From Azolla caroliniana (lineage: Eukaryota > Plantae > Polypodiophyta), in assembly GCA_043228905.1 (NCBI GenBank), contig JBHGNT010000005.1:8680001-8744000 (forward strand): a stretch of DNA of 64,000 nt, given 5' to 3'. The position numbers and the translations under genes were made by a program. Under the pieces are notes generated by a model. That model had not been told where the DNA came from and made no database searches. It saw only the letters and a program-made list of their open reading frames with translations. Every line of letters begins with the position of its first letter. The first letter of the stretch is position 1. Below are positions 39,392 through 50,879 of this stretch, piece by piece.

Positions 39392-40919
39392 TGTCAATTC
39401 TTGAACACACAAAAGCAGACACACTAGACAAGTCCAAGTTCATACAATTTAGTGCCTCCAATCCCACCAATTTGTGCATAGTACATGTTGCAATATTCCA
39501 TTTATAGTCTGCTCAATTTTCGAGGATGAGAACGAAGAACTAACACCACTAAAGGTAGAATAAAGAGTTAGTGTAGAGTATCAATGCAGGTTGTGTGAAC
39601 TTATTTTAGTTCACAAAGCAACTTCAGTATACAGATGTGGACAATAGGAGGTTAATCAAATGTATGGTTCCGGTCTATATTGGGAACGCCACCTCTTCCT
39701 CTTGTGCACGTTTTTTACCCAATTTGTGGGTACTGTTAACAACGATGAATTGTGTATGTCAGTTTGTACAAATAACAGTTATCAGTCATCAACTGTATAT
39801 GAAAACATTTTGCAAGTTAGCTGGAAGTGGCAGCATGGACCTTGAATTGGAGTACATTTATGCTAATCATGGAATTGTATGGACTTTTAATGCATGGAGA
39901 AAAATGATAAACTGATTAGTACCATAGCTGGTACAGTATTTCTCAAAAGTAAAATTGTAAATGTGATCCAGGCTAACCTCGGCAATGAGCAACAAACACC
40001 ATACCATGCCATGGCTACTGGATGTAAAAAGGAATGGCGTTAAACCTATTTAATTTCTTGCTTTCAGAGGGCATTTTGCTTTATTGTCAAAGGTGATGTT
40101 CAACTATATTGTAGAGGATACGCCATCATGGAAACCATTGGTCTGATTCATCAAATTTCCTCTGTTAAATTAGTACTGACATGTAACTAACTACTGTGTA
40201 TATACCTAAACTATTCATGGCCATTGAGCAACAAAACACTTAATCCATTGTGCATTTGATTTAATCTATTTGCCAGCTCAATTCATTTAAAAAAGAATTA
40301 GTCTACTGGGGAGTGCTCGATGAAGGTTTTTATATCTGATTGGTAATTATTGCTTGAGGAAGAAGTCTATTTCATGCGTATACTGTTCAAATAGTGAGGT
40401 CAATGGAAGATGCATAAAGTTTGTCTTGCATGACTCATTTTCTAACATATGTGCATGCATGTGCTTAGTGCCACACTTCATAATCAATATTTTTCTAATG
40501 GGCTTACTATTTGACTTGGGTGGAGTCTGAATTATGTGGGGTACCATCCATCTGCAACAAGCCTACCTATATTATGGGCACTAGTAGCTACAATGACAAA
40601 TCTTTGCAACCTTTGGGAGGTATGGTGACTAATGTTGTTTTGAGTCTTCTCATAGAGTGTAAGTGTGGTTGAGCATTACATAAACTCAAGTTAATATCAT
40701 ATTATTATGTTGAAAATTTAAAGAGTAAAAAGAGAAAAACTTGAGGAGCCAAAATATTCTAGAGACATCCCAACCAATCATTTTTCTATTTGTTTTTCAT
40801 TAGGAATTACCTATATTACTAGTGGGAAACCTAAACGTGAGACAAAAACCCATAAAATTTTACTGTATATGGATTTCAACAAATTAAAAACAATCATGAA
40901 GAGATGTTCTTAGACAGAA

Positions 40920-41190
40920 CGAGAAGAAACATAAGTCAGGAATAGTCAGGAAGAAACACTGTTCTGGTCTACCCAAACGGTCCATAGTGCCATAAATCTG
41001 AGCCAATGGAAAAACTTGAGATCCTCCTTTAGCAAATGAGGAAGGAGACCAAAAAACAAATTTCCAAACTGTGTTGGGAAGACCCCCAAACCTATTAGAA
41101 CGACAACTCTGAAATTTCCTTTTGTTTCCCGAATGCTCCTAAGTTTTTGTTATGTTTGCGGATGACTCCTATTGGTTTCAGGGGCTACTT
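40920..41190 (-). mobile_element. Possible decayed L1-type ORF2 C-terminal fragment
   Basis: The minus-strand translation contains LKFFHWLRFMALWTVWVDQN, resembling the LWxIWxxRN motif of plant L1 ORF2. Confidence 0.3.
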
Positions 41191-41398
41191 ATGGTTAAGA
41201 CGGTTGAAAGGGCATTTTGAGCAAATATAAAAAAACCCAGGGGTATTCGACGAAATACGTACATGTGTTGAGAGAAGAGCAGTAGCCATGGTGACAGTCT
41301 ACAGAAGGCAGAGAGCTAGACATTGAACATAGCTTGGATGTATACATTATGCATACATGTCTTCTTCCCTGACAGCAGAGCTTCCATAGAAGGCCGTA

Positions 41399-43186
41399 AT
41401 GGCAGGAGCAAGGAGCAGAAACTGGGAGGTTCTTAGCATGTCCGAAATCCTTGTTTGCTTGGAGAAAGAGGTGCACTTCTCTTCCCTTCCTGTTGAAGAG
41501 ATTGCTTGCATCATATGTAAATGTAGAAAGGAAAGAAACAGATCACATGCCATTAAGTTGCATACCTACATTTGTGAAGGAAACAGACTAGAAAGCCTTA
41601 TGGCCCATGGGAATCTTGTGGTCTTAATGCTCGTGGATGTAGGTAATATGCGAGAAGCCCACGAAATCTTTAAAAGACTACTTTTCCCTGATGTTTTGTC
41701 TTTGAATTCTCTTATCATTGGTTATGTTGTCCATGGAGAGCCACATCAAGCCCTTGAAATGTATCAGAACATGCATGAAGCTTTGCATCTTACTGGACAT
41801 GCATATGTTGCCCTGTTGCAAGCTTGCACAAAAATGAAAAATTCTACTCGAGGCATCGAAATCCACTTAGATACATCAAAAAAAGGGATTCTTGAAAGAA
41901 ACATCTTCATTGGAAACAGTTTGGTTGATATGTATGCTAAGTGTGGTTTCCTCAGAGAAGCACAGAAGGTTTTTGACCATATCTCAGTACGAGATGTTGT
42001 CCTCTGGACTGCACTTATTTCAGGATATGCGGAGCATGGTTATGGTCAGGAGGCGCTTAATTACTTTCAAAAGATGCAAGAAGAAGGGATTATTGCAGAT
42101 GTTGTTACATACATTTGTAGCTTGAAAGCTTGTGGCAGCATAAAATCTACTACAAAAGGTCAAGAAATGCATGGTGAGATTGCTAAAAAAGGCTTTGATG
42201 GAGAGCTTCTTGTTGGAAACACCTTGGTTGATATGTATGCCAAATGTGGATACATAAATGAGGCGCAAGAAGTATTTGACAAGAATCCTTTTCGAAGTGT
42301 AGTATCTTGGAATGCTTTGATTGCAGCATATAGCGAACATCAGTGTGGCGCAAAAGCTCTTCAATGTTTTGAACAAATGCAATATGAGGGCATCGTTCCA
42401 GACATTGTCACTTTTGTGTCTGCATTAAGAGCCTGCGGAAGCATCGGAGCAACAAATAAAGGACAATGGATACATGCCGTGGTAACCAGGAAAGGGATAG
42501 AGAGAGATCTGGTTGTTGGAAGCACTTTGGTCTATATGTATGCTAAGTGTGGTTTACTAGTAAAATCACAAGAAGTGTTTGACAATCTTCCAGATCAGGA
42601 TGTGATTTCATGGACTGCACTTATTGCAGGATATGCACAACGTGGTGAAAGTAAGAAAGTTTTCAACATGTTTGAAAAAATGATGTATGATGGTGTAAGA
42701 CCTAATGAAGTGACGTTTGTTAGTGTGCTTAATGCTTGCAATCATGCTGGCTTAGTGGATAAGGGGAGGAAATACTTCGAAACCATGTGCAGAGACTATG
42801 GAATCATGCCAAACCATAAGCATTATACATGCTTAATAGATCTACTTGGTCGTGCAGGTCATCTCTATGAAGCTATGGCAACTATTAAGAAAATGCCATT
42901 TCATCCTGGAATTATTGTGTGGCATACTGTCCTAGCAGCTTGTCATAAATGGGGCAATATGGAGATTGGAAGACAGGCCTTCAGTCATACTATACGGCTT
43001 GATGACAAAGATGCCTCTGCATATATATGTATGTCCAACATCTATGCAAATGCTGGAATGCAGGAGGCTGCAAATAAGATTGAGGCTATGAGAGTGGAAA
43101 ATGGGGCATGGAATAAAGCAGTGTATGATGATAGGCCAGCAGCAGTCCTTTCAGATTGGGATGTATTTGTTCAATATAGTACATAA
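41399..43186 (+). CDS. PLS-class PPR protein with E domain and no DYW
   Basis: Intronless 595-aa ORF with LVDMYAKCG, WTALISGYA and LKACGS repeats, then ACNHAGLVDKG, HYTCLIDLLGRAG, MPFHP and AYICMSNIYA. Confidence 0.93.
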   Translation: MAGARSRNWEVLSMSEILVCLEKEVHFSSLPVEEIACIICKCRKERNRSHAIKLHTYICEGNRLESLMAHGNLVVLMLVDVGNMREAHEIFKRLLFPDVLSLNSLIIGYVVHGEPHQALEMYQNMHEALHLTGHAYVALLQACTKMKNSTRGIEIHLDTSKKGILERNIFIGNSLVDMYAKCGFLREAQKVFDHISVRDVVLWTALISGYAEHGYGQEALNYFQKMQEEGIIADVVTYICSLKACGSIKSTTKGQEMHGEIAKKGFDGELLVGNTLVDMYAKCGYINEAQEVFDKNPFRSVVSWNALIAAYSEHQCGAKALQCFEQMQYEGIVPDIVTFVSALRACGSIGATNKGQWIHAVVTRKGIERDLVVGSTLVYMYAKCGLLVKSQEVFDNLPDQDVISWTALIAGYAQRGESKKVFNMFEKMMYDGVRPNEVTFVSVLNACNHAGLVDKGRKYFETMCRDYGIMPNHKHYTCLIDLLGRAGHLYEAMATIKKMPFHPGIIVWHTVLAACHKWGNMEIGRQAFSHTIRLDDKDASAYICMSNIYANAGMQEAANKIEAMRVENGAWNKAVYDDRPAAVLSDWDVFVQYST

Positions 43187-43913
43187 AACTGGTGTGCAGT
43201 GCAGAAGCTGTTATATTTTGGCCATCCTTCCATATTCCAAACAAAGAAAAAAAAGAAAGAAAATGATTTTCATTGTAGATCAAGGCAAAGAAATAGTACA
43301 ATATGTAATATTTTCATGGAAGAAAGAAAAAACAAGGATGCCTCAATAAAGGTCTATATTTATAAACCCTTTGTGCTATATCATGCATGCAAATTGCAAT
43401 AGACATTTTTACTGTTTACTCTTAGTATGCTTGCTTAAAGAATAAGTGTTTGATACCCATGCTTACCCATGCTTTTTACATTGTATGGTAAGGCCAATTC
43501 ATTCATGTGACAGAAATGCATATTGGAACATCTTTTCTAATCACCACTATTGGAGTGTTTTGAAAGATGTTGCAATATCCATTACATATCCAGCGTTTGG
43601 ATTGAATTTTTTGATATTTGTAACTTTCTATATATTAAGGTGTGTTGGGGCAGCATATATTATTGATGTATACCTAAATAATTCAGATATGAGCATATAG
43701 CCTGAAAGTTTTTGGTAATATGTTTCACAGGGTTTTGGTATTGCAATCAGTGCAATTTGGAGGGAGCAAATTATAAGAGCTCTTTCCATCTGTTTATGCA
43801 GACAAATGCTAAGGACAACATAACCTCGAACCACCGTCTCTACTTGAAAGCAAACATTTTAGCTCATTTCTTCCCAATGTCCTATGGACATCTGCATTAG
43901 GCTTGCTGAGATG

Positions 43914-44091
43914 CAATTGGGTAAAAACCCTGTAGCATTACCAACCATGTATTATAGTAACTGTAAAATCATGTGCATTAATCTCAACAAGAAAATGGCT
44001 CTCAATTGGGTAAAAACCCTGTAGCATTACCAACCATGTATTATAGTAACTGTATAATCATGTGCATTAATCTCAACAAGAAAATGGCTCT
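43914..44091. repeat. Near-perfect 89-bp tandem duplication
   Basis: 43914-44002 and 44003-44091 differ at one position that I could see (AAAAT vs ATAAT). Confidence 0.95.
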
Positions 44092-44453
44092 CAGATAAAT
44101 TATCTTAAGAGTGGGGAGGCATTCCAAGCAATCTATTTCTTTTTCATAAACCAAACTGTTGGCGATGTTAAGAAAATAATGTGCTGTAGATCAGATCCAT
44201 ATACGAGATGAACCAACAGTTATCTGTAATATATTATTTGTCATGTTTCCTAACCAAATATAGTCAGGCTATATGTCTCTCTTAACAATTTTCACCTGAG
44301 GGGGGTGAGCTCTAGATTTCATGCAAGAGCTCTCTCTGAACAATAATTGGGAATACCTACTGGAAGTTGAGATGGGAACAAAGATTGTAGTTGAGCTCCT
44401 TGATAATTTGTCTTCTTGCATTCACCCACGTTCTAGCATAATTTATACGTGTC

Positions 44454-47400
44454 TCAAAACTTTAAATTTGCTTTTCCATTTGAATCAGTAGTTGCATATA
44501 TATTTCCCATACAGATATATGGTGCAGCACAGTTCTCATCGAGTTGTATTGCTTGTTCAAATGCCCATCTAGCTACCTCCACATTTACCCATTTGTAACA
44601 AGCACCCAAAAGAGCTAACCATAATGGAAACCGATCAGAAGAAGACACATTTTCAATTAAATATATGGCTTTCTCAAAGTGTCTTGCGCGACCAAAAATA
44701 TCAACCATGCAAGCAATGTGTTCTACTGTTGGGGGAAGGAAATAAACAGTGTCCATAACATTGAGAACCATTTGCCCTTCCTTCACGAGACCAGCATAAC
44801 TACATGCAGTTAACAAAACAAGGAAAGTCACCACATTTGGCAAAACACCTTCAGAGGACATTTTGCTTAGTAAGTTCAAAACCTTTTTTGCTTCACCCAG
44901 CTGAGCATACCCAGTAATTAGAACATTCCAGGATACAACATCCCTTACTGGAAGCTCGTCAAATACTTCTTGTGCTTTTTTCAGTACACAACACTTGGCA
45001 TACATGTCAACCAATGTGTTGCCGAGGGCAATGCTCTTACACAATAAACCTTGTTTAATGATCAACGCATGTATATCTTCCCCTATATCAAGAGATCCTA
45101 TGCTGCTGCATGCTTTCAAAACACATACAAATGTGACCAGATCAGGAGTGATGCCCTCATTTTGCATCTGATTGAAGCTTGTTAGAGCTTCATCAATGAA
45201 TCCATGTTGTGTATAGCCTGAGATCAGTGTATTCCAACATACAACATCTCTTAAAGGAAGCTCATCAAATACCTCTCGTGCTTTCACTAATGCACCACAT
45301 TTGGCATACATGTCGATCAGTGTACTGCCAAGGATGATATTTTTCTCCAATAATCTGTACTTCTTGATGTCTGCCCGCATTTTGTCAACCTTTCCTGCAT
45401 CGGTACAAGCTTTCAAAATGCAAATAAAAGAGGCTAAATCTGGTAAGATGCCTTTGTCTTGCATCTTCCTAAACTTTTCCAATGCTTCATCATGGAATCC
45501 ATGTTGGGTATATCCAGTGAGAAGTGTGTTCCATGATACAACATCTTGTACCGGAAGTTGTTCAAACACTTCACATGCTTTTGACAGCATGCCACACTTA
45601 GCATACATGTCCACCAATGTTGTGCCAAGGACAACGTCCTTTCCCAATAAATGTTGATTACTAATTTTATGATGTATCTCTTCTCCCATCTCCAGGGAAC
45701 CTATAGTGCCACAAGCTTTTAAAATTGATATAAAAGTAACAGAATTTGGGGAGATGCCCTCATCTTGCATCTGTTTGAAACATGCCAAAGCTTCATCACT
45801 GAATCCATGTTGGGTGTACCCAGCGATTAGGGCATTCCATGATACCACATTCTGTATCGGAAACTCATTGAACACTTCTTGTGCTTCATGAAGCTTCCCA
45901 CATTTTGCATACATGTCCACCAAGGTGGTGCCAAGTAAAATGTCTTTTTCTAGTAACCCTTGACTGTTAGCCTTGGCATGTATCTCTTTTCCCATCTCAA
46001 GATCACCTGTTCTACTACAAGCTTTTAGAATGCAGATAAAGGTAACTGTATCTGGAAAAATTCCCTCTTCTCCCATCTGCCTGAAGCATTTGTAAGCTTG
46101 AACCACATGTTCATGCTCAACATAACCAGAGATCAATGAATTCCAACATATTACATTCCGTACTCGAAGTTTATCAAATATTTGTTGTGATTTTCTCAAC
46201 ACGCCACACTTGGCGTACATGTCGATCAATGCTGTGGCAAGCACAACATCCTTTCCAAGTAACCCTTGCTTCTTGACCTCTGCATGAATCTCTTCTCCAA
46301 TATGGACAGTACCTGTGCTGCCACAAGCTTTCAGAATGCAAATAAAAGTAACAGCATTGGGAGAAATCCCCTCATCTTGCATCCGCCTAAAACATTTTAG
46401 TGCGTCATCACCGAGATTATGTCTGGTGTATCCAGCAATCAATGCACTCCATGTTACAACATTTCGGTTAGGAAGATCTTCAAACACTTGTTGGGCTTTC
46501 TCAAGCATCCCACACTTGGCATACATATCCACCACTGCAGTGCCAAGCACGACATCTCTTTGCAATAATCCTCGCCTGTTGACCTCTTCATGTATTTCTT
46601 CCCCCATCTTGAGAGACCCTATACTACCACAAGCTTTCAACATGCATACATAGGTTATTGCATTTGGGTTGATTGCTTTATTGTCTTGCATCTTCTTGAA
46701 GTAGCTGAGAGCTTCATGGTTTAGCCCATTTTGGACGTAACCAGAAATTAAGGAATTCCAAGATACGACATTTCGCTCCGGAAGCTCATCAAAAACTTGT
46801 TTTGCCTTTGTTAACAAAGAAAACTTAGCATACATGTCGACCAATGTATTACTAAGCAGAATATCTTTTCCGAATAAACCTCTTTTACAAACCTCCATAT
46901 GCACATCTTCGCCAGTCTTGGTCAAGCCTCTGTGACTACAACCTTTCAAAATGCTGGTATATGTCCGTACATTTGGCGCAACACCCTGTTCTAGCATAAG
47001 CTTGATGCAGCATCTAGCTTCATCACCTAACCCATTTTGGGCATATCCAAAAATCAAAGAATTCCAGCATACAACTTCGCGAAATGGAAGGCTTTCAAAT
47101 ACCTCTTCTGCCTTATCAAGAACACCACATTTGGCATACATATCCAGCAGAGTGCTTCCAAGCACAATGTCTTTTCTTAATAAGCCATTCTTGTTGATCT
47201 CAGCATGTATCTCCTCTCCCATCTCGAGTGATGATTTGTCGCCACAAACTTTCAAAATGCAAGTAAAGGTGACTTCATTTGGTGAGAAACCTTGGTCTTT
47301 CATCTTCTTGAAGCATATTATCGCTTCATCACCATGGCCGTGGTGGATATATGCAGAAATCAGTGCATTCCAGGATACAACATTTCGACATGGAAGCTTA

Positions 47401-47639
47401 TCAAACACATGTTGTGCGGCGGAGAGGGCACCACATTTTGAGTACAAGCTAAGCAAAGCATTATTGACATAGATATCATGAACAAAAAGCTTCCTGTGGA
47501 GGAGTTCACCATGGATCCTCCTGGCTGAAACCAGATCCTTCTCTTTACCACATCTCTTTATCAAGTCAAGGAGAGCATTACGATCTTGCTGCTGGAGAAG
47601 TCTAGGCAGCTCATCAACTGTGCAAATTGCCTCCATCAA
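44454..47639 (-). CDS. Long PLS-class PPR protein with E domain and no DYW
   Basis: Intronless 1061-aa ORF with about nine P-L-S triplets (LVDMYAKCG..A..VF..LP.RNVVSWN.LI.GY). It ends in ACSYAGLVKEG...VDIFGRA...PYICMGNIYA. Confidence 0.93.
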   Translation of the reverse strand: MMEAICTVDELPRLLQQQDRNALLDLIKRCGKEKDLVSARRIHGELLHRKLFVHDIYVNNALLSLYSKCGALSAAQHVFDKLPCRNVVSWNALISAYIHHGHGDEAIICFKKMKDQGFSPNEVTFTCILKVCGDKSSLEMGEEIHAEINKNGLLRKDIVLGSTLLDMYAKCGVLDKAEEVFESLPFREVVCWNSLIFGYAQNGLGDEARCCIKLMLEQGVAPNVRTYTSILKGCSHRGLTKTGEDVHMEVCKRGLFGKDILLSNTLVDMYAKFSLLTKAKQVFDELPERNVVSWNSLISGYVQNGLNHEALSYFKKMQDNKAINPNAITYVCMLKACGSIGSLKMGEEIHEEVNRRGLLQRDVVLGTAVVDMYAKCGMLEKAQQVFEDLPNRNVVTWSALIAGYTRHNLGDDALKCFRRMQDEGISPNAVTFICILKACGSTGTVHIGEEIHAEVKKQGLLGKDVVLATALIDMYAKCGVLRKSQQIFDKLRVRNVICWNSLISGYVEHEHVVQAYKCFRQMGEEGIFPDTVTFICILKACSRTGDLEMGKEIHAKANSQGLLEKDILLGTTLVDMYAKCGKLHEAQEVFNEFPIQNVVSWNALIAGYTQHGFSDEALACFKQMQDEGISPNSVTFISILKACGTIGSLEMGEEIHHKISNQHLLGKDVVLGTTLVDMYAKCGMLSKACEVFEQLPVQDVVSWNTLLTGYTQHGFHDEALEKFRKMQDKGILPDLASFICILKACTDAGKVDKMRADIKKYRLLEKNIILGSTLIDMYAKCGALVKAREVFDELPLRDVVCWNTLISGYTQHGFIDEALTSFNQMQNEGITPDLVTFVCVLKACSSIGSLDIGEDIHALIIKQGLLCKSIALGNTLVDMYAKCCVLKKAQEVFDELPVRDVVSWNVLITGYAQLGEAKKVLNLLSKMSSEGVLPNVVTFLVLLTACSYAGLVKEGQMVLNVMDTVYFLPPTVEHIACMVDIFGRARHFEKAIYLIENVSSSDRFPLWLALLGACYKWVNVEVARWAFEQAIQLDENCAAPYICMGNIYATTDSNGKANLKF

Positions 47640-48899
47640 GCTTGGTAAAGATAGTTATTTTACATGGCTATGCCATCAACACGTACCGATATTATCTACA
47701 TGTATGATGTGCGCACCAACACCATTTTGCGTCCCTCGACTGTTCTGGAGCGTATAGATAAGTAGGGAGAGGGCTTAAGGCCTCAATGCATCAAACTGCA
47801 ATTAACAGCCCTTATCCATGCCACCCACCATTCCCATTGGACAGATGGCTTCCTTCAGATTGTTTCGGAAGGTCGGGAAACTTATAAAAGGCCTCGGTGT
47901 TATCGACTTCCATATCCTTATTTATGCCATTCCACATCTCGAGAGATGGCTTACATTGTCCCGTCGTACCGATTTTGATACTCTTATTCAGGTCGTCCAC
48001 ACTAGAGAGATGGTATTCTTACTAGATTTTTAGTTTATAACCTAGCCGTAGACATTCAAGTGCTTGACTTGTCTATGACCATTCGTGAGATTGCTTCCTT
48101 GTCACAATACACTTATGTTCATATCTTTATTTATGTCATTAACCATCACGAGCGTGAATACTTATATGGCCAATATCTTGTTTCAAGAGCAATTAGCTAC
48201 TACTCGCAATTACTGTTACCTCTATAGTTGCCTACCATTACAATTGGTGAGGCTAATATTTGCTAATGTGGTGAGAAGTCATGAGAGTTTGATGTAGTTG
48301 TGCATTTATTAGGTTACTAAGCTCATCCATGACCATGGTCACATAACCTAAACCTAACACGATCCATCCATGACTTAAACCTTGTTTCGTTCCCGTACAT
48401 AACTAGATTGCCCAAAGTTCCATATCCTTTTCTATAACTTTAAGCTCTAGTAAGAATTCTGATTGTTCATATTGTAGTATGATAGCATCTATTCTCCTGC
48501 GACAATGCATGTGTGAGATAACTAGCTAGAGTGGTGGCCTTCATTTAGGTCTAAATTGTGTCTATGGCCCTAGGGTCAACCAACCTCTGCAAATGCTCTC
48601 GAAGGCACTCTCCTCTCCCTTTCAACATTTTGTTTGTTCAATACATTCTCAATTCTTATTTGAAAACTTTGTTCTCATCCAAACATTTCTTATCATGAGT
48701 GGGAAATGACTTCTCATCTGGGCACTTGAATCAAAAGTAGGCGAGGAAATAAAAAAGTTAATAAGTCTAATTTTATTACTTTGATGACTTTAAAGAATTA
48801 GGCTATTTAAGTACGTCTTGTTCTTGATTGGTGGGGGAGAAAAGCACTAACCTAGATGAGGCACAAACTAATTATAAGCAAAGAGATAAGTGAACTCAT

Positions 48900-49248
48900 T
48901 AGGATAATTGCCACAATCATGACCATAATTTATCCCATGGTAAGTTTGTAAAGATGAATATGCAGAAGCTAAATATATCACAACCGGATAGCAACAGAAA
49001 CCACAGAGAATGGAATGCAGAGAGTAGGTGAGAGAGAGACAGAGAGAGAGCAAGACAATACACCTCTATTTCAAAAGGCTTTGTAAAAACTCTGTACATA
49101 CAAATATGCTTTAGAGCTCTTTTTATACAAGTCCTTAAAAGGACTGTCAGAAGTACTGACAAGTACTTCAATGCTCGTATTGAGCTATGACACTAACTCC
49201 TAGAACCATAACTACATAGTAGAGTAGGAGCGTAGGCCTCCAACGACC
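48900..49248 (-). repeat. Partial LTR related to the copia 3' LTR at 61432
   Basis: 49118-49245 is a diverged reverse complement of 61559-61690 (TTTTTATACAAGTCCTTAAAAGGACTG.CAGAA.TACTGACAAGTACTTCAATGCTC). The left boundary is approximate. Confidence 0.7.
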
Positions 49249-49468
49249 TGTTGAATATTGGTCTATAATGGCTGCATTCACATTATCTCTTGGACAAACT
49301 AGATTTAGGAAAATTCTGTAAATAGGTCAAAGGGAAATCGCCCTAGCCCAATTAGTATATAAGGGGCTTTGTAACCTAGTTCTTTGTGTCGTTTTTCATC
49401 TTGGTTAATGCCGTCATTCATTTGTAACTTTGCGCTTGAATAATACCATTACACCTTGTGTGCCTCTT

Positions 49469-49504
<36 letters not shown>

Positions 49505-50879
49505 TCATTTTTTGTTCTTTGATATTGTCTTCACTTGTACACTCAATGATCTTCATGTCAAGATGCTGTTGATGTTCCACACTGACGGCCTTAGTTCCCA
49601 ACATATGGTATCAGAGCAGAGGTTCTTCAACTCGCTGCCAGCCATCATCAACCTTTGACAACATGCTTGCTTCGTCTCCCTTGAAGAACCCGAGTTCAAG
49701 ATCTCATCTTGAGAAGAGAAAGAAAACAAAAGATTTGCACTCCACTATTCTAAATCACTCTTGAAGTAAGTCAATCGGCTGTACTTTACTCCAGTGATTG
49801 TAGCCGCTCGAAGTGAGTCTTCGTTCTGCAAGCTCTGCCTCCATCGTGCTTTACCAAGTTAGACACTATCTACTCATTTGTTGTAACCTCTCAAAGCAGA
49901 TCCGACTCTAGGGAACCACCCTAATCCATGCTTCATTCGGTTGAATGACATTCGAGAGGAACAATCATCTCTGTCCCTCTCATTGTTGCAGTCACCCGAA
50001 GCAGGATCGACTTGGATAATCGACACAAAATCTGTGATCGACATCTCGAAATTGACATCGGAATCAAATTGACAGATTTGTATCCAACTCGGCTAAGTTG
50101 ACTAACTGTAGTCACTCTGCATAGAATCAACCAATAGTCGAAGCCGATTCGACTTGTGTTTGAATCCAACTAGAACAATATTGGGTGAGCCAATCGACTG
50201 CATCCCATCACTGTTTGTATTCAACATTCAGATGCACTTGTTGGAGTTAGTGTACTTCACAGTGGAATCATGTTTGATAGACTCTCAATTATGGAAGACA
50301 TTGTCAGACACTTATGAGAAGAAGGTCGCCGCCACGAAGATATATCTGATTCGGTCGGTGTCTTTACAACCTTTGGATGAAAGAATGCGACTCGATCCAA
50401 GCACACCTGAATGAGTACAAAAGCTTAAGCTCTTAGATTTCGGCTCAGGGGACAACAATTGAGGATGAACTAAGAGCAATGTTGCTCATGAGTAGTCTCC
50501 CCCTTTCGTGGGAAACTTTCGTCACAACCGTGTGCAATGCTTCAGCTGCCGATGTGAAGTACTCCAAAGTTACAAGCGCAATATTGACTGAAGCAGCTCG
50601 AAGGAAATCATTTGCAAAATATTCAAAAGATGAAGCCTATGTAGTACAAGGTTTGGCCGACCGACCGAATAGTCGAGGAAGAAGTTCTTCCTAACAGCCG
50701 AACAATCAACGAAATCAGAGCAAGTCTTGGGACAATTGAATCTGCAACTATTGCAAGAAACTCGGCACATCAAAGCTGATTGATGTGCACTCAAAGCTAA
50801 GAACGATAAAGCTTAGCGAGCTGATCAGAAGAGTGGCCGGCATGAGGAGGTCAATTACATCAGCTCTTTAGCCAAAGTA

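Noticed and set aside
40197-40204. TGTATATA Pumilio response element downstream of the Pumilio gene (autoregulation)
   Set aside because: A single 8-mer ~800 bp past the stop in AT-rich DNA. It is expected by chance and may lie outside the transcript.
45301-47472. Antisense ORFs over the long PPR gene
   Set aside because: They are shadow frames of the repetitive PPR coding strand.
9502-47639. Functional cluster of RNA-binding genes (helicase, PPRs, Pumilio)
   Set aside because: PPR genes are very abundant in such genomes and there is no evidence of co-regulation, so co-location is plausibly chance.
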